Shown piece after piece: positions 11,221-26,200 of a DNA stretch of 64,000 nt. Source of the stretch: Phoronis australis (Eukaryota; Animalia; Phoronida); contig NMRA01000010.1 in the NCBI GenBank assembly GCA_002633005.1, positions 333,846-397,845 of the forward strand, in the 5' to 3' direction. The stretch's first letter is position 1; every line of letters starts with the position of its first letter. The position numbers and the translations under genes are program-made. The notes beneath the pieces are model-generated. The model saw only the letters and a program-made list of their open reading frames with translations, made no database searches and was not told the DNA's origin.

Positions 11221-14200
11221 NGGGGGGGGGGGGGCATGGCCCCCTTGCCCCCCCCAAATCCGTCACTGAAACCCCACGTTGTTCAATGGTAGTGACTGAT
11301 TCTCAAATCAATTTTAATTCAGAAATCTACCTATCCGGCTAATTACCGGCCGCCATCATACTATATCATGGACAAGGTAATTAACTTCTTTATCATTAAG
11401 CGTGGTCAGTGTTGGTCCTAACTGTCCAGGCATCAAGTTGATAACTTTACATCATCGGTGTTTTTGTCAGTGCCATTGTCATCACCAATGTTGTAGTCGT
11501 GGTCCTGGTCGAGATGTTGTTATTCTTGTTTGTTGTCAAACCTAGTAAGTTCTTCATTTCATTACGGCATTTTCCCGTTGCTCCCAACTTGTTCGATTCT
11601 ATTGCCCTACAAGTTGGGAAGTTTACCCCTGTATAGCCAATTATCTTACACGACTGATTAACTCCATTCTGGCATTCATGGTTGGAGGGCCAGGTCTCTT
11701 TTGTTTGATAATTGCTCTAATCTCTAATAAGATCCTATCTACCCTGACTGGGCTGTGCTGTTGAAAATAAAAGTTAAGTTATAACATATTTATACATAAA
11801 CCAATAGTATTTCTGAAATCTTCGTCAAATGGTGACCATGTTTATAGTTTTGAATCGCCAAAATTGCCCAACTGCAACCAAAGTTACGACAATCTATTCT
11901 TTCCGAATACACCAATTAATTCATTCTGGGTTTGACTGTGTTCACACGCGGTCTGTAATAAGCCTAGTAGATAAGTGGCTTGCCTGTTTTTATAACAGAC
12001 AAAAGACTTTGCTTTGCAGTTAACAAAGAAGCTAGATGTTATCACACGCTCACCACCCCCTTCGTCTGGTTAAGTCACTGAACGGGAAAACGCTGTCATG
12101 TGATTTCTCCAAGTGATGCTCTTTAATTAAGTTAGTACTTTCATCTTTATTACTATTCTGTATCAGTGTTGCCTAGTTCACACAGTGATTGTAACTATTG
12201 TCTCAGGTAAGGTCTGTGTCATTTGATGTTAAGCTGGTTGCCGTGAACATCACCGCGTTCTCCCGTTCAGTGACTTTAATACCATGCGGACGAGAGGGTT
12301 GTGAGCCTATGATAACATCTAGCTCCTTTGTTAACTGCCAAGCAGTCTTTTGTCTCAAGTGACAACAGGCAGGCCAATTATCTAAGGCTAATTACATACC
12401 ACATGTGAACACAGTCAAACCCAGAGCGAATTGGTACGTTCGGAAAGAATAGATTGTTGTAATTTTGGTTGTAGTTGGGCGATTTGGGTGATTCAAAAAC
12501 TAAACATGATCAGCATTTGATGAGGAATTCAGAAATGTTGTTGGTTTATGTTCAAATATGTCATAATTTAGCTTTTATTATTAACAGCACAGCCCAGTCA
12601 GGCTAGATAGGATCTCAGATTAGAGCCATTATCTGACAACAATATATGCCAGAATGGAGTTAATCAGTCGTGTAGTATATTGGCTACTGGGGTCATCTTC
12701 CCAACTTGTTGTTGGACTTTGCAATCGAATAAGTTGGGATCAATGGGGAAAACGCTGTAATGTCCAACAGTACCTCCCTACATGACTGTTATGTGGAGTG
12801 AAGAGAACTCTGGAGGGGTGTGTTCATGCAGCCTCCGTTAGCTTTACTGTGATCTTTAATCTTTGGTATTTTATTTGCTTGAGGATCTCCCAACTACTAC
12901 CAGGTTGACTATACTTGTCTTGTGGACCTAGTAATCTGATGTTTTGCTTTTTTCTGTTTCAACAGCTGTATCCAGTCAGATTCGTCGAAAAAACACAACA
13001 GGCCAGCATGCTGAGGCTTGTCAACAACTTATTGATACGTTATGTGAGAGTGATGAAAGGAATTGGTACCAGGCGCTAGTGGAATCCTTGGAAAACACAA
13101 GTAATGTATTGTGTTTAAAGCTGCATTTCAACCTGCTAGGCTGCCTAAGAAACAAAAATCTACTTTGCCCTTTTTGCTCTCATTAAGTGGCCGGGTATTC
13201 TAATATTCCTTACCATGACTGAATAAAAAAGTGACAGTGCAGCACGGAGAATATTTCCATAGTTGATTATATGTATAAGTTTAAGTTGTGTGCTAACAAT
13301 TACATCGCAAAAACTTTTTTTTGTAATAACAAAGAGGGAGCAGAAATCTAAATTTTTAATCGATTCTAAAATCAGTTTTCATGAAATGGGGACCTATTTG
13401 ACACTTTTGTAGATTATCAGTTGCTTGCTGCATTGCTTAAGGATGAAGAGGTACCTGGCAAGGACTACATCTACCTAATGAACCAGTTGATGTTGTTCAA
13501 AGACCGCGTAGAGAAGGAGGTCAACGTAAAAAACATCCTGTCTAAGTGTATTGGTGAAAATCTTATAAATCATCAGCACAGGTAAACATTATATATTTCC
13601 AGAAGAAAACACCTTGATTGCTGCAACAATGTCACTAACATGCAGCAAGCTCGCAACAAATAATATTGTTTGCAGCAAGCCTGACTTTGCTAGCTGCAAC
13701 TCGGCCACACACATTGCCACAACCTTAATGCAATATTGAAGTTTGAAGAAAGGTTGCAGCAAGCATGTAGATGTTAAAAGTAATTGAGGAGATTGCAGCA
13801 TACTCAGTAGTTATTGTAAAAGGATGCTGGTTTTGGCCTACTAATAAAATAAGTGCACTTTCCCCACCCAGCCCTCCAAATAATGCTTTGTAACGCTCTA
13901 TCAAATTTTGAAATTTAACATAGCATTCCACACAAAGTCACGGTGATTTTCAGAGCAAGATTCCTGCACTATGGTTCATTACGCACTCAATATCAGAGAC
14001 ATAAATTGTTATGCTCTGCTTTAATAGGTTAAAACTTCTCAAGCCGATTTAAAGGTTAATTACTCTTGGTCTGTATTATTTAAACTGGTTTTGTAAGTTG
14101 AATCTGTAGCATATTTATAACCATCTCCGAGGGTGTTTTAGCGAGAGGTTATATCCACTGTAACTCAGTGTGACCTAGTAATTGCTAGATTTATGAATCA

Positions 14201-17200
14201 GTAGGAGGCGCTGCTGACAATTCTCTTAAGAAACAAGTAACGTACTGAGACACTAACTGGAGTGAATGTAAAATGGTAGGACTAATGAATGATGATTAAA
14301 ACCAAGATCTAGGGTTACATCAGATTAATTAACTGTCAGTAGTGTGAACGGTAGCAGTTATAAACAGTTAATTTGTAGAAAGAGTGACACCCCAATTTCG
14401 TTGGTTACAGCTTTATTTGAACACGGTAAATGGTTTCTGCTGATGTGAACATATTAAATGGGCTGCTTCCTGTTATAGTCAGGATTCTTTGGTAAAGCCA
14501 ATTCCCAGGGCGTACTCAACTATCATTTTTGACTGGGAGTTGCATACATTTAAAGAACATGCTTGAAAGAGGACCAATTTGTAGATTGACTTTTCATGGA
14601 AAATTTATTTTGTGAGGTTTTGTTCCGTAGTAATTAAGGTGGTCAGGATCTTGGCAGGATTGCTGGGGACTTTAAATTTATAAACAATCCAGCCAAAAGC
14701 ACCTATTGCTTGCCGACTGCAATATTGCTGAGATCTAGTCTGCGTGCAAGTGTTGTTAGTAAACATCACAATAACCACTTAGGGTTGGAAGGTAATGCCG
14801 GCTTTTTTACTGGCATAAAAAGTAAGAATGATCTTTAAACAACAAAATCTACCTGCAGTTAGTGTTTTTCTGATGTCGAAGAGTTCAGCGTGACTTCACT
14901 ATTCAAGTAGGTCAATCTTGAAACGAATGCGTAAACCCACTCGAGGTTTAGTCCCTTAATCTTTTTCTTATACCTCCGAATTCATCCTTTGTTTCCTCTA
15001 AATTCTAGCGATGGTTCTTGTGTTTTCCTTGCAAAACGCGGGGGTTTGTTTGTCTATCAAGGCATATCGATGGGAAACATCGACTCCCTGCATTTCCATC
15101 TCTAAGAAAGACTGACAGTGCCCGATTGAGAAACTCAAGATTGTTTGTGGGTAAACGTATTAGTGATTAGGCTGTATTATTTAGTTAATAAATGTTGCGT
15201 ACTATACTATAACATGGCAACGGTTTACCTCGACTCAAAAGTTCCCTTGTTTTACTGAAATTATTTCATTATAATCCTTACCGGGCTCGATAACACGATA
15301 CGCACGTCGTCAGCGTCTCGATTACAGTTTAATAAGGAGGGGATATGTTGCGTTTGTGGTGGTTGCTGCAAATCAGTATTTAAGCACGCTGTGGCTCCTT
15401 TCACTTTCCGCGGAACGTCAGAGAAGTGGGGATGTGGCACGTGCTTGTACAAGAAACTCGCGTGTCGGTCTATAGATATAACTGGGTGTGTTCATACTCG
15501 TGTCTGTGGCGTTAAGAAACTATCTACTGATTTTGGGATTTTGACTTCATGATTTTGATATGCATTGCTATAAAGGAAGGTTTAATGGTGCAGACTATGT
15601 ATAGTCCCTTGTCAAAACACGTTAATTAGTGGTTTCAAGACTTTTATGTCTTAAAAGACAGAAATAGTGTTTCGCTCCCTCTTCACAAGTAATTATGAGT
15701 GCGTCACTGTCGAACATGAAACAGGCCCCAGATGAGACAGCTGTTACTACACCTCATATCAGTATTTTCATGGATCTACCCTATCTCTCAAATCCTCTGA
15801 TTGTTTTTTAAAGAGAGTTAGACAGATACTTCCCTTTACATGAACTTGCCTCATCTGCCCATTTGTTTGATGATTGCGACTAGTGTTGCGCGCAGCCCCT
15901 AGCTGGTGACAATTTTAGTATTTTGTTCTCGCTTCTTTCTGCCAAACCACTGTTACAGTAATTATCTATGAGGAGTTTCAGTAAATTTAAAAAAGTAACT
16001 GCTACGGCCAATTTTTTAATTAATGCTGCATCCCCTCATTGCAGTTATAAGGGTCAGCATCCTTTGTTTTTACCCAACAAACAACTTTATTTCAAATTCA
16101 ACAGCTGTGTTTCTATTAATGAGAAGATTCCCCTGCCAATTTCTGGATGACTAACTCTCTGCCAATTTGTATAAAGTTAATGGTGCTCCCTCTACTGGAG
16201 GTGTCTGAAATATTGAGAAAATTATTAATTACATTGACAATGCACATTATGGACCCATATGGAATCTTTGCATTGCTCTTATAGTATTGTCTTAATTTCA
16301 ATTAGTTTGGAAACCTATATTCATTACAACTTTTCACTTTAAATTTCATTTCAGAGAGGAGATTGATTGTGAAGAAAGAAATTCTGGAAATACGTCAGCT
16401 GTTAGCATGCTTTTACACTATATTCATCGGCAGAAGCCCACATGGTTCAGGGACTTCATTCTTGTTTTGGTGAAGGCAAATTACAAGGATTTGGCAGAGG
16501 CCATAGCTGGAAAGGACGAAGTCAACAAATGTGAGAAAGCTGGAATCTCAGTGTGGTGTTTAATTGAGCTTACCACTACTTGTGCTTGACTTAAAAAGCT
16601 ACTGTGATCCCAACCAGCCATTTTAAATTTGGTTCAAACTGTTCGTTACTTAGATTGAAATGATTTCTAGACTTATGAAGAACTGGCAGTTGCTGTAGAT
16701 GAGGCTCAATAAATCGACTTCACTCAGTTAAGCATGGTATCAAGGAATAACCAATAATCTGGCTTTTAATTGAATAACGACTAACAGTGTATTGGTCTGT
16801 TTTCACCAACTTTTAGCTTATTTATATTGGCATGATATCTCGTTCAGTCATTCCTCTGGTTGGTGGAGACAGAAAGTGAGGGGGGTGGGGGGAGAGGGAG
16901 AGATGGAGGAAGGGATGCAGGGGGAGAAAGAATTTGCCATTGTGAAATTTGTCTCAAACTGTTCCATTAGTGACAGTGACCTGGACTTCGGAAGGACTCA
17001 TCTGATAGTTGGTTATTACTTGAGATCTGATTTAGGTGTTGGCATGTCGCTGCATTCCAGAGTGACAAGTCTGGAGTTGATTTTTCCGTTGTGTTTCTCT
17101 CCCACATTCGCTCTTATGTCACCAGCAAGTTTTATACAATACATTTTGATTTCTTTCAACATTAAAATCCCTTTCAGGGACTCGAGGCATAGATGTAGAA

Positions 17201-20200
17201 GATGGCCTTTGCGAGTCTAGCGTGTCAAGTTCAAGTGCATCAACAATGGTCTATCGCATGGACTATGTTNTATGTTGAAGGTTGCTCTAGTCAGATACCA
17301 CTAATGGCTGAGAATGACCCAACATCAACACAGTCAATGTCTGTGAGCCGTGAATGTCAGGAAGCCATGGATTGTGAGGGGGTAGGCTGACTTGTAATTT
17401 TCACCAATATTGAGACCTGCAGTATGGTGTACCTGCTTTCTGTGGGATGTGTTAAATGTTCTGGGAGGCGTGTTTTCTCTTACCAGGGTTCTCTATATGG
17501 GCCCAGTGGGTGTTTGCAAGAATTTTTTCTGGAAACAGCTACATGCAATGTTGGTATGCAAGGCTGCTTACTTGAACTTGACCACTGGTCCCAAATGTAT
17601 CATTTTCCAATAATATACACCTAATTTGTATTCTAAAATTCAATGTACAATAAGTAGCGATGAGCATTATGATCTTGGAATTACAATAATTTATGGCTGA
17701 ATGCTGAATGGCGTTTGCTCTTCAGCCAAAACAAAAGATGACTAGGACTTTTGAATTGACTTGTCGGTCAGTTTGATCACCGGCAGTGCTTACCAATTTG
17801 ACCATGCTTTCAAAACGTAGTGAGGTGCTGTTTGCCTGAATGTGTTTCTGGCAAAATTACCTAGACCTTGTTCTGTTTTCAGTTTAATATTGGCTTTGAT
17901 AGTTGTAATATCTCATTCATGACACCAGTCCTAACAAAAGAAGTCAGATATTTTCACATTGAGTAAAGTCAGTGTAACATGGCTTGCATACTTTGTACCT
18001 TTATGTTGTCTTTAGTTTATTAACGACCTTTTTTGTCAATCAGCTTCTCTCCTTCTTTGGAAACATAGGTTGGCGATGTGTGACATCGGTGGCATGTAAT
18101 TAATGTGTGTCAAACAGTTTTACACCCTTTTGAAGTTTCCTAAGCTAAAATTCATTTTGGTACCAAAATCTAAGTTGGAATCTCTGCTGAAAATTTTTTT
18201 CGTCAAGTTTGGGGCTTGTCTCAAATTTTAGAAATAAGAAATATTGGCTGTCCCAAGTTCACGAAAAGTTGCCCAGAAAGACAGCAAAATTACCCACCCT
18301 GTATAATTAATTGATAACACATTGTCCGAAATTTTTGAGAAATGTGACATGCGCTAAAATCTCCCTTGTCTAAATTCCAGAATGTATAAATTTTTGCATA
18401 AGTTTCTTTGCCCCAAATTCCAGCAACTTTCCAAATTCTAGCAACTTCCCAAATTCTAGCAACGTCCAAAATTAGAAATTTTTTACCATTATCAATAGTC
18501 CTGTACCCGCGTGAATTAATGGTTCCAGGGCCAGTATGTTTCAAAAAGCTTAAACTGCTGTGGGTGACATTGAAGCTACAGTGACCGCATCGTTTGATTT
18601 AGGACATTTTCCCAGCTAATGGGTTGTGTTTTGTACATGCAAGATACATTATTTTCTTTAATCTGAAAAAGCAAGATTATGCAAAACTTTGTAGATGTTG
18701 CTGTGCATTACAAGTGAAGCACGCTAGTTTTACTCATGCGTGCCTTGTGTCTACAGAAAGCTTGCCTGCAGAAATCACATTATTTACTTCCCAGTTTCTT
18801 GGATGTGGGAATATGTAGGGTTTTGTCATTTCTTGAGGTCATTAACGCAGTGCATAAAATCATCCACAGGGCTTAGCTACCTGATCGAGTGGGGTACCGA
18901 ACAGCGTTTCCAAACCCTAGAAATCTCTTTTAATCCAAGGAAGGGTTAATTTGAGACAATTTCATAGTAATGGGAATTGGTCAAAATCAAAAGATTAACT
19001 TATTTTGGTATTTTGTTGGTCAAGTGTTGCAGCTTTAAGCCAAGTATGACATGAAACTTGGATGACCAAAAAGTTGTTGAAAATTCACATTTTCTGATTG
19101 AGCTCCATCAATAATTCTCTTGTTCCAGGCATGTGGCGGCCCTATCAATGACGTGAATCTATTGGTACCAGACAGTATGACTCAAGTAAAGAAAGCTGGC
19201 TTGGTCAAGAATGTAGATTGTGGTGATACAACTGAGTTATTCAGTCACTCCAGAGTAGCAATGAGTGAGATGTCTGTTAATGACAGTGCTCAACACAGGC
19301 CTAATGATGGTGATGCAATTGAGTTATACAGTCGCTCCAATGAAGCAATGAGTGAGATTTCTGTTGAAGACAATTCTCTACACAGACCTAATGATGGGGA
19401 AGGTGAGTGTTTGTTTGTTATGATGGTGCAGTGTTTTTTATTGGGTCTAAGAGCTTATAGGTTAAGTATACAATACATGCCAAACGTTAGTGTCAGATGT
19501 TTTGACATTTATCCAGGTTAAGCGCTGTACTTGTTCAAGAGAGTGCTCTGAGCGCCTAAACTGCACCTAAATTGGAAAACAAAAAACATGGCATTGCGTT
19601 GCCCAAGCAGCAGGAATGCAATTCAATGGGCTATTATTGTGTTCGCATTAGGACACTCCAGCCTTCAGAAGATCATCATCCTATTGTCAGTTTTTACCTG
19701 TAGTGGGTTTCTCATGTGCTGTTTTGGGATATTTGTCCACCATGCTTGGTAGCGATATGATGTGTGAACTGTTTTCACCTAGATGCAATGTGTCTTCAAG
19801 AAGAAATACAGGAAATTCAGCTGAGAGGTTACCAGCACGAGCTTGCTGAAAAGGGTCTGGAAGGAAGGAATGTGATAGTTTGTGCTCCCACAGGCAGTGG
19901 AAAAACTCATGTAGCTCTATACATCTGCAAGGTAGGGTAAACATTCTCTACTTTGGAACAGTGATCAAGAACGAACTTGTACTTTAGAAATAGGCAAACT
20001 TGGCCATCTTAAATTCAAGAATTACGATCAATGACAAATGACATTACATACTATGGGAATGCATAAAAACATTTTATTGGTGGCTATATTTGATGAGTGT
20101 AGGAACTCAGCCATGTCTATTTTCAGCGTCTACAGAATGCAAATTGCCGTATCCGATATTTGAGAAATGTTCATTAGGCAAATATGGCGAATTTGATAAG

Positions 20201-23200
20201 CAACCCCATGCCCATAGGCGTGCCGGTAGGGTTTCTTGCATTTTGCTCACATCTCAACTTTCTCAGTTTCCTGTTATGAAACTGGATGGAGTCACCTTCA
20301 TGCCAAGTACAGAATTCCTCTCTGCACTAACGGTTGGCTCATGCTAGAAACCAACCTGCCAGTGTCAGTAGTACTTGTTGATGTAGGTAAACAACATCAA
20401 GTCCAATACTAATGGTGTCCTTTCACAGTAATGCGGGATTATCATAACACGTAACACCCCCCACCGAAACTGGTGGATTTGTCTTGAGTGTGGCTCTCTA
20501 TGCATATAAAGGGGCTTCATAAAAAGGCCAGCATTCGTCACTTCACATGCAAAGTGCTCTGTTTGAAATGGTATGGCAGGTCAGTTGGTGTGTGATTGTT
20601 ACTGTTAGTTGTAGTCGTATCGGGTTGCAACATGCCGCAATATCGGCACACTACCCAGTATAGACATGTATTCACGCGGTTGTTTGTGTCTTCAGGCCTA
20701 GCTGTCCGAGTCACAATAGCCTATCACCTGGTCATTTCCAAGTCTGAAACTGAAGGCGAGCTCTTTGGACCTTTTCAAATTTCATACTATGTTTTACAGC
20801 TGTAATGTCTATCGGACCAGCATCCCACTTGACGTCCGAAGTGAAGGCTTTTTTGTAATACCTTTATCTCGTGTGCATGGATAAGATTTTGAAATCTGCC
20901 ATTTCCGTTAAACCATAGTGTTCCATGGTTTGCTGGGGTGATTAGGCTCTTTAATTTGGTTGACATCTGCCATTTTATTGATCGAAGATTGACTGAGACT
21001 CAATTATAGGACTAAGGAAAAACATGACTACTCTACATTACAAAGAACATGGATAAGATACTGCATTTGCATGGCAGTATAAAAGCAATTGCATCAAGTC
21101 CCAGACTGTGCCCATGTGTCCTCCAGCAACATGTCCAAAAACACTTGGCTCACACAAATATGAATCTGCCTCAAGGTTAATTGATATGGCTTGACTGGAA
21201 TCACCCACTACACAACCTGTCTGCTGATGTCTCACACACGCTATGAGTTTCAACTTTTTCCGAGGGGATCTACACCAAAATTGCCCCTGTCCCAATCTTC
21301 GGAATCAAGAACATTGCCTTTTTGTATCCTAGCTGATCTGGAGGATTTTTACTGAAATCGAATTGTTTCTCAAGTGTTTTGTTTCGTTCTGAGCTATTTT
21401 TAGACACAAATTATCGTGTTCTTTTGTTATTGGTTAGTTATACTTTATATTTTATTATAACGACTCATTGAATGCATGTTGCACATTATAATTTCAGGAA
21501 CACCTGGAGGACAGCTTAGAAGCAAAGGTCATCTTCTTTTGCAACCAGGTGGCGCTAGTTGATCAGCAGTTTAAAGCCTTCAGACGTTACGTGAATAGAA
21601 AGATAGTTTCTTTAACTGGCGATAAAGAGGACTTGCGTAAGTTTAGAAAAGGCTCAAATTTGTTTTTCAATTGTGTAGCCAATACTGTTTTCTATTTACT
21701 AGCAAACAAGAGTTAGAAATGTGCAATCTAATGTAACAACCGTGCTTGAATACATTTTTATGAACATATGATTTTTAAAATCCTTCGTGATCACAGGATC
21801 GCATTGTTTTCATAAAAATAGTGCCATGGTGTTCGTAATTCTGTGAACGTTTTTTCTAGAAGGTCTTGATTTTTCACGGAGATTGCAGTGCTTTCAACAA
21901 ACCAAAAATTTTGGCCTGAAAGTCACAAATTGTGTTTTCAAGGTTGTCATCAGCTACAGAAGCCCAAGGAGATTGCTTTCAAACATAAAGATGTCAACAT
22001 TCCTTGAAAACATTTGAAATCTCGAATTTTGACAAGCAAGTCCTCGGAATGAAATATAATAGAATAAAGGAAATGAAATGTGCAAGTTTCTTGCAAAAAA
22101 CTCAATCCATGAAAATACACCAATCTCTGTGAACATTTTTTTAGAAAAAAGACGTGATCAATGTTGTGATGAACTTCCGTACATTATTTTTGCGCACTTA
22201 TAAAGTTCATATTAATATATTCTATGATCATCAATTCAATTTCTTGCTTATGAAATTTTAATAGAAAGTGTAAGTCTAGTCATTGGTAAGCAATGGTTCA
22301 AAGGCAGTAAGTAAAGTTGGCCCAATGCACATATTTGTCTACTGTAATGTCTAAAAAATTTAAAAAGCCATCTCCACGGCTCGCAAATCTTCATCTGGTA
22401 CTGCAAAGGAGTGTGATCTTGTTGTTGGCTGGTGACACGGAACCTCCGTGTTTTGAGCGGTCCCATTGCCCGTCTTAATGAACTACCTGGACAATATTCA
22501 ATAACAATGTCACTCAAGACTGATTGAGAATCAAGCCACAAATTGCTAACAATTTCTCATTAATTAACTTTGAAGTTTCTAATTCCCTCCTACTAACTTC
22601 AAAAGCTACACGAGGTGTCACGAGATAAGTTCTATGTTGAGTCAAATCAAATTTTAAGACAAAAAACTGACAAAATAATAGAATACTTTTCATTTCCGAG
22701 TACTGTCAGTGTGAAAGCATACAGTTCTCCGAAATATCCCAATGGGTTAGTAAACGTGTGTTTGGTAACGATGTGGTCATAAAGTGTGGTTTGTTTGGCG
22801 CAAGTCATCTTTGAACCTAAAAATCCCTCTTGAGTTAAAGCAATTTGAAATGTAAGAATAAGAGAACGTTACATAATTAATATGACTTGTAAACTAATTT
22901 ATATTCGTCTGATTGCAGCACCGTTAGTTGACTTACTGGAAGAGTACGACGTTATTGTAATGACGCCACAGATATTGTTGGACAATTACAAGTGGAAGGG
23001 GATGAACAGCTTGTTTGACTCTGGCATATCACTGATGGTGTTTGATGAGTGTCACCACACTACCAAAAAACATCCCTACAACAGGATAATGGCATTGTAC
23101 ATGGATGAGAAGTTTGAAAAGGGATCTGCCCATGCCCCTCAGGTATGTTACTGTGTTTTTCTTGAGTGACATACACCCCTCTAGGCACAGCCTTAGAGAG

Positions 23201-26200
23201 ACTTCGGAAATCATCGCATTATGTTGTTTCTTATATATTGGGCACATGGTCTTTGAAACCTCCTTACTGTGAACTCTAAGTAGGGGATTTTGTGGAGAAA
23301 TACCATACTTTGGGAAAAAGGCCTTCTTGTCTTGCAAACACTTGCAGCAAGTTTGTGGCAACAAAAGTTTGCAAACCAGCCATAAACACAAGAAACACGG
23401 TGATCGGAAATTGGTAACGACTTTCCTGAAAGGCATTTGCTAAGATTGCTACAAGCATGCAGCAATTATGTAGCATGCCAAGTGAGTTTGTTGCAAGCTC
23501 GCGGCAAAGCTCAACATCACCATATTATGTAGCTCAGTTTCTACAAACATTTCTGCAAACTTGCTGCAAACATTGTCACAAGGTTGCTGTGAACGCTGTC
23601 ACAAGCTTGCCGCAAATATTGTCATGATGACCATGAAAATGCTGGAATTGAAGACTTCCAGCAAATGGTTTGATATGGTAGGATTAAACCAGTAATTTCC
23701 TTGACAAAAACGTAATGTCGAAAGAAACTCCATAATGAACTGGGCAAATTATCTTGCTTTTAGTCTTCTTTCAAAATTGACTTAACAAATTACACTTGTG
23801 ACTGGCTACTTAAAGTTAAAGAATTTAACATTGTCTGTAGTAGATCATGCCAGAGTATCTCGGCAGTAAATTTTCCTTGTTTTGTTGTTCACAACTGTCC
23901 ATGAATTTCAGTGGACTTAATTAGAGGGACTGAAATGCTCTAATTGGAGGCAACCTGATCTTTTGTCAGGTGTGAGTTGATATTTAAATTGAAATAATGC
24001 ATACTGTCTTGTAAATAGAGCATCAATTTTATGTTTTCATCCTGGCCACTGTAGTTCATTCTAAATCAATGACTCATAACAGAACCGAAAATCTAGTATC
24101 TAAGTCACACTACTATGATTGAAAAAGGTTTTTCATGGTCTTGGTGAAGGTGTGTTTATATAAGTAAAAATCAACTTACTCAGAGACCGGTAAATAAATA
24201 TAGAAGTTTGAACGTTTCGAACTGTGCTCTACAGTTCTTTGTCAACGAGTGGTAGGAGGGCGTCTTGGTTTCCGGTCCTTCTGTTATCCGGAAGTAGTAT
24301 AGCGTCATATATCGGCAGAAGTTGAAGACCTTTGTCATGGTTCATAGTAGGTTTGTTGGTTTTTATGTAATATAGGCTGTTTGATCTTTCTAGAAAACCA
24401 GTTTTCCTCTTTAGCCAGTATCTTGACGTGTTTGCCACTTACAGTGTGGCTGGAGATTCCGAGATGTTCTAACTGGTGTGGGAGAACAATCATGTAAAAT
24501 GTTGTGTTTAACAGATTGTAGGCCTGACTGCCTCATTAGGAGTAGGGAAGGCCAACAGCAATAACCAGGCTATGGAGCATATTGTCAGACTGTGTGCTAA
24601 CTTGGACTGTGATGACATTTGCACAGTGAAGAGCCCTGCCAATACTGATGAGCTGAAGGCGCACGTCAGTGTCCCTCATCAAGGTACTGTAAATTTCCTA
24701 TAAAATCCTCTGCTAGACAAATGGTTATTGGGTGCGGTTTTAAGTCCAGAGCACGAAACATTTATTCTTAAGGAGGGTACTACTGTAAGCTTTCAGTTTA
24801 ACTCCCTGAGCCCTTAAATTGGGGAGCTGCCAGCTTTGCTTGTGGGCGTCTGTTTGCCTTCAACGAGTATTCTAAGACAATTCTAGAAAGTTGAATTAGA
24901 ACTCAGTTGAGTGGGACTTAGCCATTGTTTGATCTACGATAGACAGGAAGTGGCTGATGTCAGTGACTACAAAAACACAAACATGTACATTGTGAAACTG
25001 TGCTGGTTGCTAACGTCAGATGGTGCGGTGACTCTTCACACAAGCGGGTGACAACACCCTCCGTGGCTTTAAGACACTGCTATAACAGTACCTGCAGGTC
25101 ACAGTGTTTTACATTTCAACATGTAGTCCTTGCTGGTGGTGATGGAGTGTAGATGGGAAATACCTGTGGTACGACACCGTTCTTCAAAACACATTTAGCA
25201 CGTACCTTCGTGATGTCTGCATACATGTCCCTCTCGTAATCCATTTTTAATGAAATAATAAATGTTTACTGTACATGGGATAGCTTTGCATGACTTAAGC
25301 CTTGATGTTAATGGGCAACGTTGCTTTCCTGTCATTGACTGCGGCCATTGTGAGTGCAGGTGCAAATCTGCACTGAGTATGATCTCAGAAAATTGTCTCT
25401 TGCTGATGATGTCTCTTTATACCACAAATTGCTCACTTTAATGAGCACTGAGCAATAAACTAGGTTTTGGATCAGAGAAACACTCAAGCTCAAAGTTTGG
25501 CTGCACACAAACAGACATTTTTATACTCTTTTGAAAAGTATTGTTATCTTACTGAAACAGTTGAAGTTACTTTGTGTTATCCATGTGTTCAGGACAACTA
25601 GTCGCATAGTATGTACAGTGAAGGGTGCCCAATGAATTAGTATGGGCTCAATGCATTAGCTAAGTTCAGTTTTACTGTTGTCACAGTATACTCAAGCTCA
25701 TTTCCATGTTGTGAACACGACCTTTTAGCAAGATCACTCCGTCTGGATCTTGGTTTTATCCATGGTTGGGTTTTTGTTGACAAAATCGCTATTTGCACTT
25801 GACTTATTTGGAAATTCAAGAACCCAGCCACGGTGGCATAGTCAAATTTTTACTCCTCCATTCAAATTGCCATTGGTTTTCATTTCCCAAAATTGAAAGT
25901 TTAAATAGAGCCTAATATTTGCATATGATCTGATAAACAGTAATTGCCCTTACCTTGTGACCTAATGAATTAGTCAATCTATTGATGATTAGCCCACTAG
26001 TGAGACCGAATGTGGACAGAACTAGTTGGGAGAAATTCAAAGATTTTTCTCTTGATCTTTATGTCATTTAAAGGAGGTGTTTGCAGCATGCTCACTGGTG
26101 TATTGATGAAGATCTATGAAATTATCACGAATATAATCCAATACAAATAATGAACTTCTATCAATGCCAGGATTTTAATTTTTAGACGAAAACCTTCAAG

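Noticed and set aside
12167-12206. 40-nt micro-exon as the missing CARD1 segment
   Set aside because: It has AG/GT ends and a phase-1 donor, but the peptide ([13 protein letters not shown]) is not CARD-like. The missing residues more likely lie in the gap at 11221.
17264-17276. Apparent frameshift in RLR exon 5 suggesting a pseudogene
   Set aside because: tatgtt-N-tatgtt is a contig overlap. Removing 7 nt restores the frame, and all other exons are intact.
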